Of a DNA stretch of 64,000 nt, positions 18,702 through 27,079 are shown piece after piece (within the stretch, counting starts at the first letter, position 1; every line of letters starts with the position of its first letter). Origin of the DNA: an uncultured Trueperaceae bacterium (GTDB lineage Bacteria > Deinococcota > Deinococci > Deinococcales > Trueperaceae); the NCBI GenBank assembly GCA_963815215.1, contig CAWFFU010000011.1, forward strand, positions 512,001 to 576,000, in the 5' to 3' direction. The notes beneath the pieces were generated by a model. It did no database searches. It was not told where the DNA came from and saw nothing but the letters and a program-made list of their open reading frames with translations. The translations under genes were made by a program, and so were the position numbers.

Positions 18702-19760
18702 ATGAGGAACCGAGGCAAGCACGTCCGGCTGTTCCTGTCGATGCTCGTCGGGGCAGCCCTGCTGGCCACCGCGTCGGCCCAGAAGCCGACGCTCCTGGTG
18801 GCCAACTGGCAGGGTTACGGCAGCGACCTGCCGTGGGTGGTCCAGGCGTTCGAGCAACAGTGCGGCTGCACCGTCAAGCAGGTCGACTTCGGCTCCGAGC
18901 AGCAACTGCTCAACATGCTGAAGCAGGGGGGCGTGGGCAAGATCGACGTGGCGCTCCCGAACTCGACCTACATCCGCTACGCCGTCGATGACGGCCTGGT
19001 CCAACCCATCGACGTCTCCAGGCTGACGAACTACCACGAGCTCATCCCCGGGCTGACGCAGCTCGCCGCGCTCAAGTCAGGCGGCCAGGTGTACGGCGTT
19101 CCGTGGCTGTGGGGCACCGTCGGCATCGGCTACAACCCCGACCTGGTGAGCGCCCCGGTCGAGGGGTACGCCGCGCTGTGGGACAAGCAGTACGCCGGCA
19201 AGACCACCTTCAACGACGACCCGGTCATCGCCGTCATGACGGCGGCCGTGTACCTCGGCGAGGATCCCTACCACCCCGACCTGGCCAAGGTGAAGCAGGC
19301 GCTCCTGGAGCAGAAGCGCCTCGACCTGACCTACTGGGCCACCACCGACGACTTCACCAAGCTCTACGCCGCCAAGCAGGTGGTCATCGGCAACGTGTGG
19401 TCCGGCCTGGCCACCCAGATCCAGGCGAACGGCTACCCCATCCGCTACGTCACACCCAAGGACGTCATCACCTGGGTCGATACCTGGGTGATCGTCAAGG
19501 ACGCGCCGCACCCCGCTCTGGCCTACCAGTGGATCGACTTCATGATCTCCCAGACATTCCAGGACCGCTACGCGCGTGACCTCCAGCAGCAGCCGCCGTC
19601 GCCCGCCAACCAGATCGTGGCCGAGAGCCTGCCGCCGGATCAGCGCCAGACCTTCCAGTCCGACGCCGTGCTGGAGACCAACATCCCGCAGGACACCTAC
19701 AACGCCTGGTCGCAGCTGTGGACGGACGTGAAGACCACCCCGGTGAAGCCGCTGCCGTGA
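18702..19760 (+). CDS. ABC substrate-binding protein (PotD/PotF-like)
   Basis: Signal peptide ending 'ASA-Q'; 'ANWQGY', 'YGVPWLWGTVGIGYN', 'AYQWIDFM'. Confidence 0.88.
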   Translation: MRNRGKHVRLFLSMLVGAALLATASAQKPTLLVANWQGYGSDLPWVVQAFEQQCGCTVKQVDFGSEQQLLNMLKQGGVGKIDVALPNSTYIRYAVDDGLVQPIDVSRLTNYHELIPGLTQLAALKSGGQVYGVPWLWGTVGIGYNPDLVSAPVEGYAALWDKQYAGKTTFNDDPVIAVMTAAVYLGEDPYHPDLAKVKQALLEQKRLDLTYWATTDDFTKLYAAKQVVIGNVWSGLATQIQANGYPIRYVTPKDVITWVDTWVIVKDAPHPALAYQWIDFMISQTFQDRYARDLQQQPPSPANQIVAESLPPDQRQTFQSDAVLETNIPQDTYNAWSQLWTDVKTTPVKPLP

Positions 19761-19809
19761 TCCGCTCGGACCCCGCGCCCGCCCGCCCTCGCTCCGCCGC
19801 GAGCCGGCG

Positions 19810-20673
19810 GTGAGACGACGGCCCAGCCGCTGGGCGGGCGCGGGGCTCCTGGCGCCCGCCTACGGGCTCATCCTGGTGCTGGTGCTGGTGCCGCTGGGGG
19901 CGCTGGTCGTCGCCAGCCTCACACCCGCGCAGGTGACGGGCCTGTCGACGCTGGGCCTGCTGTTCGAGTCCTACCTGCGCTTCTTCCGCGACCTCCCGTC
20001 GCGCCTGGTGCTCGCCAACTCGCTGACGATCCCCGCGCTGGCAACGCTTCTGAGCCTGGGGCTCGGCTGGCCCCTGGCCTACGCCCTGGCGAAGGTGCAC
20101 CGGCGCCGCGGCAACGCCCTGCTGGCGGTGCTGATGGCGCCCTTCTTCGTCTCCTATCTGCTCATCATCTACGCCTTCATGGGGCTGCTCCAGGTCGGCG
20201 GACCGCTGCAAGCGGCGCTTCACGCGTTGGGCCTGGTGCCCGCCACCACCTCGCTGTTGTACTCGCGCGCCGCCGTGACGATGGCGCTGGTGTACGAGTA
20301 CCTGCCGTTCATGGTGCTGTCGATCTACGGCTCCCTGGAGCGCATCGAAGACAGCGTGCTGGAAGCGGCCTCCGGCCTGGGAGCGGGAGCCTGGCGGACG
20401 TTCGCCGAGATCCTCTGGCCCCGCAGCGTGCCCGGCGTCATCGCGGGCTGCGCCCTGGTGTTCATCCCGGCGACCGGCGCCTTCGTCGAGCCGCAGGTCC
20501 TCGGCGGGACGCGCGTCAGCATGCTCGGCGAGGTCATCAACGCGCAGATCAACCAGACTTTCGACCTCACTCGCGCGGCCACGGTGTCGCTGGTGCTGAC
20601 GGCGGCGGCGGTGCTGGGGTTCGCCGTGCTCGCCGCGTTGGCGCACGCCAGCCGCCGGGCGCTGAGGCGCTGA
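19810..20673 (+). CDS. ABC permease (PotB-like)
   Basis: Multiple TM helices; 'YLPFMVLSIYGSLERI', 'LEAASGLGA' EAA loop. Confidence 0.9.
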   Translation: MRRRPSRWAGAGLLAPAYGLILVLVLVPLGALVVASLTPAQVTGLSTLGLLFESYLRFFRDLPSRLVLANSLTIPALATLLSLGLGWPLAYALAKVHRRRGNALLAVLMAPFFVSYLLIIYAFMGLLQVGGPLQAALHALGLVPATTSLLYSRAAVTMALVYEYLPFMVLSIYGSLERIEDSVLEAASGLGAGAWRTFAEILWPRSVPGVIAGCALVFIPATGAFVEPQVLGGTRVSMLGEVINAQINQTFDLTRAATVSLVLTAAAVLGFAVLAALAHASRRALRR

Positions 20674-20678
20674 CCGAC

Positions 20679-21491
20679 ATGGCCCGCGGCGTGCGCAAGA
20701 CGCTGTGGACGGCGTACACCGCGCTGGTGTTCACCGCCATGTTCGCGCCGATCGGCTATCTGGTGCTGATGTCGTTCAACGCCTCTCCCTACGGGACGTT
20801 GCCCTGGCACTTCACCACGGCGTGGTACGTGCGCCTCTTCGACCAACCGACGCTGGCCCACACCACCCTGCAGACGCTCCTGATGAGCGGCGTGGTCGCG
20901 CTCGCCTGCGCCGTGACGGGCACCATGGCGGCGCTCGGCCTGGTCCGGGGACGGCCGCCGCGCGCGCTGGCGAGCGCGCTCCAAGTGGTGAACCTGATCC
21001 CGGTGACGGTGCCGTGGCTGGTGCTGGGCGTCACCATGCTGCTGTTCCTGCTGCTGGTGGGCTCGGGCCGCAGCGTGCTCAACCTCTACCTCGGCAACAC
21101 CGTGGTGGTGCTGCCCTACGTCACCCTGCTGGTCCACGCGCGATTGCGGGGAGAACGCTTCGAGCAGGAGGAGGCGGGCGCCCAGCTCGGCGCCTCCGGG
21201 GCACGCATCTTCCTGGCCATCACGCTGCCCAAGCTGGCGCCGTCGATCCTGGCGGGCTCGATCATGGCGTTCATGGTGTCGTTCAACAACTTCCTGATCC
21301 AGTACTACCTCGCACCGTTCGGCTTCAACACCCTGCCGATGGAGATCTACGGACTCGTGCGCAGCGGTGTGCGGCCCGATATCAACGCCCTCTCCACCTT
21401 CCTGGTGCTGGCGTCGCTCGGGCTGGTGGTTGCGCTCGACCGGCTGGTCGGGATCGGCTCGAGCTTCGGCGCCGGCCGTCGCGCCGCCTGA
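20679..21491 (+). CDS. ABC permease (PotC-like)
   Basis: 'MSFNAS', 'FTTAWY', 'EEAGAQLGAS', 'TLPMEIY', 'PDINALST'. Confidence 0.9.
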   Translation: MARGVRKTLWTAYTALVFTAMFAPIGYLVLMSFNASPYGTLPWHFTTAWYVRLFDQPTLAHTTLQTLLMSGVVALACAVTGTMAALGLVRGRPPRALASALQVVNLIPVTVPWLVLGVTMLLFLLLVGSGRSVLNLYLGNTVVVLPYVTLLVHARLRGERFEQEEAGAQLGASGARIFLAITLPKLAPSILAGSIMAFMVSFNNFLIQYYLAPFGFNTLPMEIYGLVRSGVRPDINALSTFLVLASLGLVVALDRLVGIGSSFGAGRRAA

Positions 21492-21519
21492 GGCCCCGTC
21501 CGGCGGCCGGGCGCGCACC

Positions 21520-22446
21520 TCAGCGGAACAGCGCGGCCATCGAGGTGGCGTCGGCCGCCTTCCCCAGTCGGGGCAGTCCCCAGGCGTCCTCGAGCGTCCG
21601 CAGCAACGAGTAGTGATCGGTCGGGGCGTGGAGCGTGAAGCCTCGGGGCCCCTCGCGGCTGATGACGAGGGTGGCGATGTGGTTCTCGCCCAGTCCCAGC
21701 ACCGACGCCACCCCTTGTGGAGCTTCGTCGAACGTCACCACGATGGCGCTGTTCCCCGTCCAGGCGCGGGACGCCTGGATCGTCTGCACCCAGTGCTGCA
21801 CGAACGCGTCGCCCGCGCGATCGAGGGCGTGCGCGTCCTGGCACTGCGAGGTGCCGTGCATGTCGTGGCACTGGTCGGGAACGATGAAGGCGAAGGCGGG
21901 AGCGTGGCCCGTCTCCAGGTCGGCCCCGAGCTGCTGCAAGGGCACCACCCGGCCCGCCCTCGACGGCACGCTGGCGATCCGTGGGAACAGCAGGAAGGGA
22001 TCGTGCTTCTTGGCGTACAGGCCGCCGGCGCCGGCGAATGACCCCTGGAATCCCGCGGACGGAAGCCCCTGCATGTAGGCCTTCCAGTCGAGTCCCTTGG
22101 CCTCGAGTTGGCCCGCCAGCGTGGGCTGCTCGAACGTCTGCGTCGGGTCATCGGATCGGCTCCCCCAGGTCCCGCCCGAGATCAGCGCGACGTAGTTGGG
22201 GAGGCTGGGGTGCGCCACGCCGTGGTGGTTCGCCGCCAGACCGTAGCGTTCGGCGAGCGCGTTGAGGCTCGGCATGTCGGGGTTGCCGATCACCTGGTCG
22301 AAACCCCTGTTCTCCAGCACGATCAGGAACAGGTGATCGAAGGGCGGCAGGGGAGCCGGCGCGGGGGCGCCGGCGCCCTGCGCCAGGGCCATCCCGAGCA
22401 CGCCGATCATCATCGTCGTCATCCACACACGCATCCGCTGGCTCAT
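21520..22446 (-). CDS. Secreted phosphoesterase (acid phosphatase/phospholipase C-like family)
   Basis: Signal peptide; 'IVLENR', 'HPSLPNY', 'YAKKHDPF', 'CHDMH', 'VTFDE', 'DHYSLLRTLE'. Confidence 0.88.
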   Translation of the reverse strand: MSQRMRVWMTTMMIGVLGMALAQGAGAPAPAPLPPFDHLFLIVLENRGFDQVIGNPDMPSLNALAERYGLAANHHGVAHPSLPNYVALISGGTWGSRSDDPTQTFEQPTLAGQLEAKGLDWKAYMQGLPSAGFQGSFAGAGGLYAKKHDPFLLFPRIASVPSRAGRVVPLQQLGADLETGHAPAFAFIVPDQCHDMHGTSQCQDAHALDRAGDAFVQHWVQTIQASRAWTGNSAIVVTFDEAPQGVASVLGLGENHIATLVISREGPRGFTLHAPTDHYSLLRTLEDAWGLPRLGKAADATSMAALFR

Positions 22447-22616
22447 CGCATCCCTCTCGGCCCCCGGTCCTCGAAAGGCTACCGCGCCGCTGTCGGTCCG
22501 TGATGAACGCATCGTGTACCCGCCTTCGCCGCGCGCCGCTTCCCGCCCGTCCGTCGAGCGTGGTTGGATGGGGCCGGATCGCCGCACGCCCCACCCGGGG
22601 CACGGAAGGGACCGCC

Positions 22617-23465
22617 ATGCGTTACGCCACCGTCGTCAGCGATCACGGCCACGAGCCCGCCACGTTGGCAGGGGACCGGCTGCTCACCTTCGACCGCCTG
22701 GCGCGGGATACCGGCCTCGAGCTCCCCGCCAGCCTGCTCGCGACCGTGGTCGAGGGCGACGCCGCGGTGCGGCGCGCCTACGGTGACTGGCTCGCTCGCT
22801 TCGACGCCGATGCCCTTCCCGCCGCCGCGACCGCTCGCTTCGCCCTGCCCTTCCGGCCCCCCGGCAAGATCTGGGGGATCGGGCTGAACTACCGCGATCA
22901 TGCGCGCGATCTCGACGAGGAGGTCCCGCCGGCACCTGCCAGCTTCATGCGGCCGCCCTCGAGCGCGATCGGCGAGGGCGACATCATCAGCCTCCCCGCC
23001 GTGTCGCAGCGGGTGACCGCCGAGGCGGAGCTGGCCGTGATCTTCGGCCGCCGCACCTACGCTGTCGAGGCCGGCGCCGCCCTCGACGCGGTGTTCGGTT
23101 ACACCACGGTGCTCGACATGACGGCCGAGGACATCCTGCGCGTCAATCCCCGCTTCCTGACGCGCGCCAAGAGCTTCGACGGCTTCTTCAGCTTCGGGCC
23201 GGTGATCGTGACGCCCGACGAGGTCGCCGACCTGCCCGCGCTGACCGTGCGCATCGAGGTGAACGGCGTTGCGGGCCCGGCCAATCAGATCCGCAACATG
23301 ACCTACGGTCCGGCCGAGCTCATCGCCTTCCACTCCCACGGCATGACCTGGGAGCCCGGCGACGTCCTCTCCACCGGCACCCCGGGGGCCGTTCCCATCG
23401 TGGCCGGGGACGAGGTCGCATGCCTAATCGACGGCGTCGGCGTGCTGCGCAACGCCGTGGCGTGA
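22617..23465 (+). CDS. Fumarylacetoacetate hydrolase family protein
   Basis: 'KIWGIGLNYRDHA', 'EAELAVI', 'AKSFDGF', 'GDVLSTGTPG'. Confidence 0.93.
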   Translation: MRYATVVSDHGHEPATLAGDRLLTFDRLARDTGLELPASLLATVVEGDAAVRRAYGDWLARFDADALPAAATARFALPFRPPGKIWGIGLNYRDHARDLDEEVPPAPASFMRPPSSAIGEGDIISLPAVSQRVTAEAELAVIFGRRTYAVEAGAALDAVFGYTTVLDMTAEDILRVNPRFLTRAKSFDGFFSFGPVIVTPDEVADLPALTVRIEVNGVAGPANQIRNMTYGPAELIAFHSHGMTWEPGDVLSTGTPGAVPIVAGDEVACLIDGVGVLRNAVA

Positions 23466-23472
23466 ACTTCGC

Positions 23473-24081
23473 CTAGAGGCCCAGCAACCCGACCCCGAAC
23501 AGCGCCAGCGAGGGCACGTACACGTCCCACGCGAAGTGTGGAGGCGCGCTCCGCAGGAACGCGCCGACCAGCACAACGCCGCCGGTCACGGCCAGGGCTC
23601 CCGCCCAGCGTCGAAACCCGCCGCCGTCGGAACGCAGCAGACGCGCGCCGCCGACGACCAGCAGCGCGGCGATCGACGCCGGCGCCAGCACCGGTCCCCA
23701 CCACGGCGCGGGGATCAGGAACAGCAGGTCCCAATCGAGCGGGCCTGAGGGCCAGCCCACCAGCACCGCCAGCGCCAGGTAGTACACCAGGTCCCAGATG
23801 CCGAAGACCAAGGCGAAGGCCCCGAGGCGCTGGCGCCAGCCGCGCGCGGCCAGCGCCGCCACCGTCAGGATCATCACCAGCGTGGCCAACTCGCGGGCCA
23901 GCTCCATGCCTCGCACCGAGGCCCACACCGAACCGTGCGGCGGCGTCACCACGTTCCCCACCCCGACGCCCAGCAGCCGGCGCAGGTAGATCACCACCAC
24001 GGCCTCGAGCAGACCCATCGCCGCGGCGTAGGCGGTCACGATCGCGAGGCGGCCCCAGCCCGTGCGGGCGGACGCCTTCAC
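23473..24081 (-). CDS. Conserved hypothetical membrane protein
   Basis: About 6 TM helices; 'EAVVVIYLR', 'RELATLVM', 'WDLVYY', 'WDLLFLIPAPWWGPVLAP'; GTG 24081 after GGGAGG. Confidence 0.75.
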   Translation of the reverse strand: MKASARTGWGRLAIVTAYAAAMGLLEAVVVIYLRRLLGVGVGNVVTPPHGSVWASVRGMELARELATLVMILTVAALAARGWRQRLGAFALVFGIWDLVYYLALAVLVGWPSGPLDWDLLFLIPAPWWGPVLAPASIAALLVVGGARLLRSDGGGFRRWAGALAVTGGVVLVGAFLRSAPPHFAWDVYVPSLALFGVGLLGL

Positions 24082-24133
24082 CCCGGCCCTCCCGTCGGCG
24101 TGGGACGCCACGCCCTCATCCGACTCGGCCGCG

Positions 24134-25345
24134 TCACACCGGTCCGCAGCATGGGTCGGGGCAATCCTCGGGGAAGGTCCGGCCGTCGGCCAGCGCCGCG
24201 CCGAGCTCGGCCCGGACACGCGGGCGATCGGGCAGCGGGGCTCTCAGGAACACCACCCCCACCGGACGCGGTCCGACGGGGATGAGCCGGCGGACCCGGA
24301 ACCCGGGCACCTCGATGGCCGCCACCGCATCGCGGCCGGGCAGCGGCACGAACATCGTCGAGCCGGCGTCGCCCCCGTACAGGAACGTCCCCGCCACCGG
24401 TTGGCTGCCGGAGGGGAACGGCACCTTCGCCACCACCTCGAGTGTCTGGGTATCGACCACCGAGACCTCGTCGGAAGCCCGGCAGATCACCATGCCGTAG
24501 CGGCCGTCGGGCGTGATCTCGCTGGTGAGCGGCATGCGCCCCAGACCGTCGGCTACCGACAGCCGCGCCACCTCCCGGGGGCGGGCCGGGTCGCCGAGAT
24601 CGAAGATCGACTCGCTCCCTGTCGCCGATCCTCCGGGTACCACCGCGTTCTCGACGAAGAGCACGTTCCCCGTCGGGCTCACGGTCGCCATGTAGGGCTC
24701 CAGCGGTCCGCGCCCCGATGTGCGCTCGACGCCCACCTGAGAGGCGACCCGGAAGCCGCTGACATCGACCGTCGTGACGGTGTCGCGCCCGCGGTCGGGC
24801 AGGTAGGCGAAGTCCCCCGTGGAGCGGACCGTGACGTCGCAGGGCTGCGAGCCCGGCGGTAACTCGAGGCTGGCCTGCACGGTACCGAAGCCCGGGCTGC
24901 CGGGATCGGCGTCCACCCTCAGCAGCCGGTCGTGATCGCGCACGGCCACCAGCAGCGCGGCCCCGTCGGGCGTCAGCTCGGTGTAGTTCTGGCGCGAGCC
25001 CGTGCTCACGTGCGCCACGCGCCGCCCGCTCGACAGCCGGAAGGCATCCACGGCGCCGCTCTCGGAGAAGCCGCTCCAGATGAGGTCACGCTCGGGGTCC
25101 CAGCGGGTGGCGGGGAAGCTGAAGGCGCCGGCCAGCGGCACCGTGGCGAGCACCTCCAGCGACGACGGGTCGATCAGGGTGACGCTGGCGCCGCCGTTGT
25201 TGGAGACCACGATCAGGTCGCGCGGTGTCCCGCCCTGCCCGGCCGCGAAGCGCCACGGCCCCAACGCGAGCAAAGCGGCACCGCCGACAGCTCCCCTGAG
25301 GAAGGCTCGGCGCGACAGGGCGCGTTCGTCCTCGACGTTCGCCAC
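24134..25345 (-). CDS. Tat-exported YncE/YVTN-type beta-propeller with Cys-rich C-terminus
   Basis: Twin-arginine signal 'SRRAFL'; repeated blades ('TPDG', 'VSVVDT', 'IPVGPRPVGV'); ends 'CPDPCCGPV'. Confidence 0.85.
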   Translation of the reverse strand: MANVEDERALSRRAFLRGAVGGAALLALGPWRFAAGQGGTPRDLIVVSNNGGASVTLIDPSSLEVLATVPLAGAFSFPATRWDPERDLIWSGFSESGAVDAFRLSSGRRVAHVSTGSRQNYTELTPDGAALLVAVRDHDRLLRVDADPGSPGFGTVQASLELPPGSQPCDVTVRSTGDFAYLPDRGRDTVTTVDVSGFRVASQVGVERTSGRGPLEPYMATVSPTGNVLFVENAVVPGGSATGSESIFDLGDPARPREVARLSVADGLGRMPLTSEITPDGRYGMVICRASDEVSVVDTQTLEVVAKVPFPSGSQPVAGTFLYGGDAGSTMFVPLPGRDAVAAIEVPGFRVRRLIPVGPRPVGVVFLRAPLPDRPRVRAELGAALADGRTFPEDCPDPCCGPV

Positions 25346-25500
25346 GCGGCATCTCCCTTCGCTCGGCCGCGTGCGTCCGCTACGGCGACCGGTTCCGGCA
25401 AGCATAGGTCACCGCGCAGCCCGCCGGCGTCGCCGCCGACGCCCCGGTCAGGACCTGGCGGGCACGGTCGAGTCGGGGCCGGGCGCCGCCGGCGGCGGGC

Positions 25501-25920
25501 TCAACCGCTGCCGGACAGGAAGGCGCGCCAGCCCTCGAGCGGCTGTTCAGGGATCTCGCGGTAGTCGTTCTCGGGCGTGGCCGAGGAGAAGAAGCAGTAC
25601 AGCCTGAGCACGCCGGGGCCGGGGTTGACGGTGGCGTGCCGGGCGCCGGCAGGCATGATCCAGGCGTCCCCCTCGGTGACGCGGGCCCACGCCCCCTCCA
25701 CCCACAACGCCCCGCCCCCCCGCGCCACCACGATGATCTCCTCCATGCCTTCGTGGACGTGCGGCACGCGGGGGCTCGCTTCGTCCTGCGGCTCGATGTC
25801 GACGGTGCGGAACGAGCAGGACGAAGCGAAGCCGGTGCGGGCCGAGAACACCTCGCGCACCGAGCGGTTGGGGAGCCGGTAGGCCTCCACCGCGTCGATG
25901 GCGCGCACCGTCGCCTTCAT
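25501..25920 (-). CDS. Cupin domain protein
   Basis: 'PHVHEGMEE' and 'PAGARHATVN' cupin motifs; ATG after GGAGG. Confidence 0.88.
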   Translation of the reverse strand: MKATVRAIDAVEAYRLPNRSVREVFSARTGFASSCSFRTVDIEPQDEASPRVPHVHEGMEEIIVVARGGGALWVEGAWARVTEGDAWIMPAGARHATVNPGPGVLRLYCFFSSATPENDYREIPEQPLEGWRAFLSGSG

Positions 25921-25975
25921 GCCTCCCCCGCCGGCGTCCGCCGCAGCGGCCCGGCTGCCGCCCTCCGCCGGCGGC

Positions 25976-26755
25976 TCATGCGGGAGCATCCGGGAGCTCC
26001 GCCATGGCGGCGCTCGCCTCGCGCACGTCGGCGGCGATGCGATCGGCCACCCCCGCCACGACCCGCGCCGCCTTCTCGACGGTGGCGTGCTCGGGGGCGC
26101 CGTACCAGCCGGTCGCCGCGATCTGGCGGACATCGTGGAGCACGGGCCGCACGTTGGGGTTGCGGCGCACCGCGTCGATGCGCCGGCCCCGGCCGGGCGG
26201 CGACGAATTGGTGGCGCGCTCCACGTGCACCAGGCTCGGATCGAAGGCCAGCACCGGCAGCACCTCCAGCTCGCCGCCGTGGGTGAGCCCACCGGTCTCC
26301 TCGCCGTAGAGGTCGCGCGCCACGTAGCAGGCCTCGACCTTGAGGACCTCCAGCCCCAGCTCGTGGTGGATGCGGCTGGCCGCGACGCCGATGGCGTCGC
26401 TGTTACCCTCGTGCCAGTTGAGGATGACGACCCGTTCGGCGCCGTGCCTCGCCATGCTGTCGGCGATGTCCAGCATGAGCGCCACGAAGGTGTCGGGGCG
26501 GAGCGTCACGGTGCCGGCGAACCCCATGTGGAAGGGGGTGATGCCCATCGGGGCGAAGGGCACCACCAGCGCGCCCAGCCGCTCGGCGACGGCCCGCGCG
26601 AACACCAGAGCGGCGATCCAATCGGTGCCGCACGGCAGGTGCGGGCCGTGCTGCTCCACCGACCCGGTGGGGATGATCACCGTCCTGCTGCCCCGCAGAA
26701 GCGCCTCGGCCTCGGGCTGCGTGATGTCCATCAGGTCGTTGGGGTGGGGCGCCAC
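25976..26755 (-). CDS. Creatininase-family amidohydrolase
   Basis: 'GSVEQHGPHLPCGTD', 'HMGFAGT', 'NWHEGN', 'HGGELE'. Confidence 0.92.
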   Translation of the reverse strand: MAPHPNDLMDITQPEAEALLRGSRTVIIPTGSVEQHGPHLPCGTDWIAALVFARAVAERLGALVVPFAPMGITPFHMGFAGTVTLRPDTFVALMLDIADSMARHGAERVVILNWHEGNSDAIGVAASRIHHELGLEVLKVEACYVARDLYGEETGGLTHGGELEVLPVLAFDPSLVHVERATNSSPPGRGRRIDAVRRNPNVRPVLHDVRQIAATGWYGAPEHATVEKAARVVAGVADRIAADVREASAAMAELPDAPA

Positions 26756-26763
26756 GTTCGTCC

Positions 26764-27072
26764 TCAACCTTCCGCTGTGGCGTCGCCGGCAGGGTCCACC
26801 CTGCCGAGCAACGCCAGCACGTCGCTGGAGTTGTGCAAGATCTCGTCGGGGAACACGATGGTGATGGCGTTGGTGGGACACACGGACTCGCAGTGTCCGC
26901 AGTACCAGCACTCGTCCGGGAAGGCTACCACCGGCAGCGTCTCCCGGTCCCCCTCCTCCTTGTAGATGATGTCTCCGGGGCACACCCAGTCACACAACGT
27001 GCACCGCACGCAGGTGTTGGGATCGATCTGGATCGGGTTGTGCGCGCTCGCCGCGCCGTCACCGTGTGGCAT
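26764..27072 (-). CDS. 2x[4Fe-4S] ferredoxin (AprB-like)
   Basis: 'CVRCTLCDWVCP' and 'ECWYCGHCESVCP'. Confidence 0.93.
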   Translation of the reverse strand: MPHGDGAASAHNPIQIDPNTCVRCTLCDWVCPGDIIYKEEGDRETLPVVAFPDECWYCGHCESVCPTNAITIVFPDEILHNSSDVLALLGRVDPAGDATAEG

Positions 27073-27079
27073 GCCGCTC

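Noticed and set aside
15191..21491. Naming the transporter potABCD (spermidine/putrescine)
   Set aside because: Family resemblance only; the embedded glycosidase and amidase argue against assigning that substrate.
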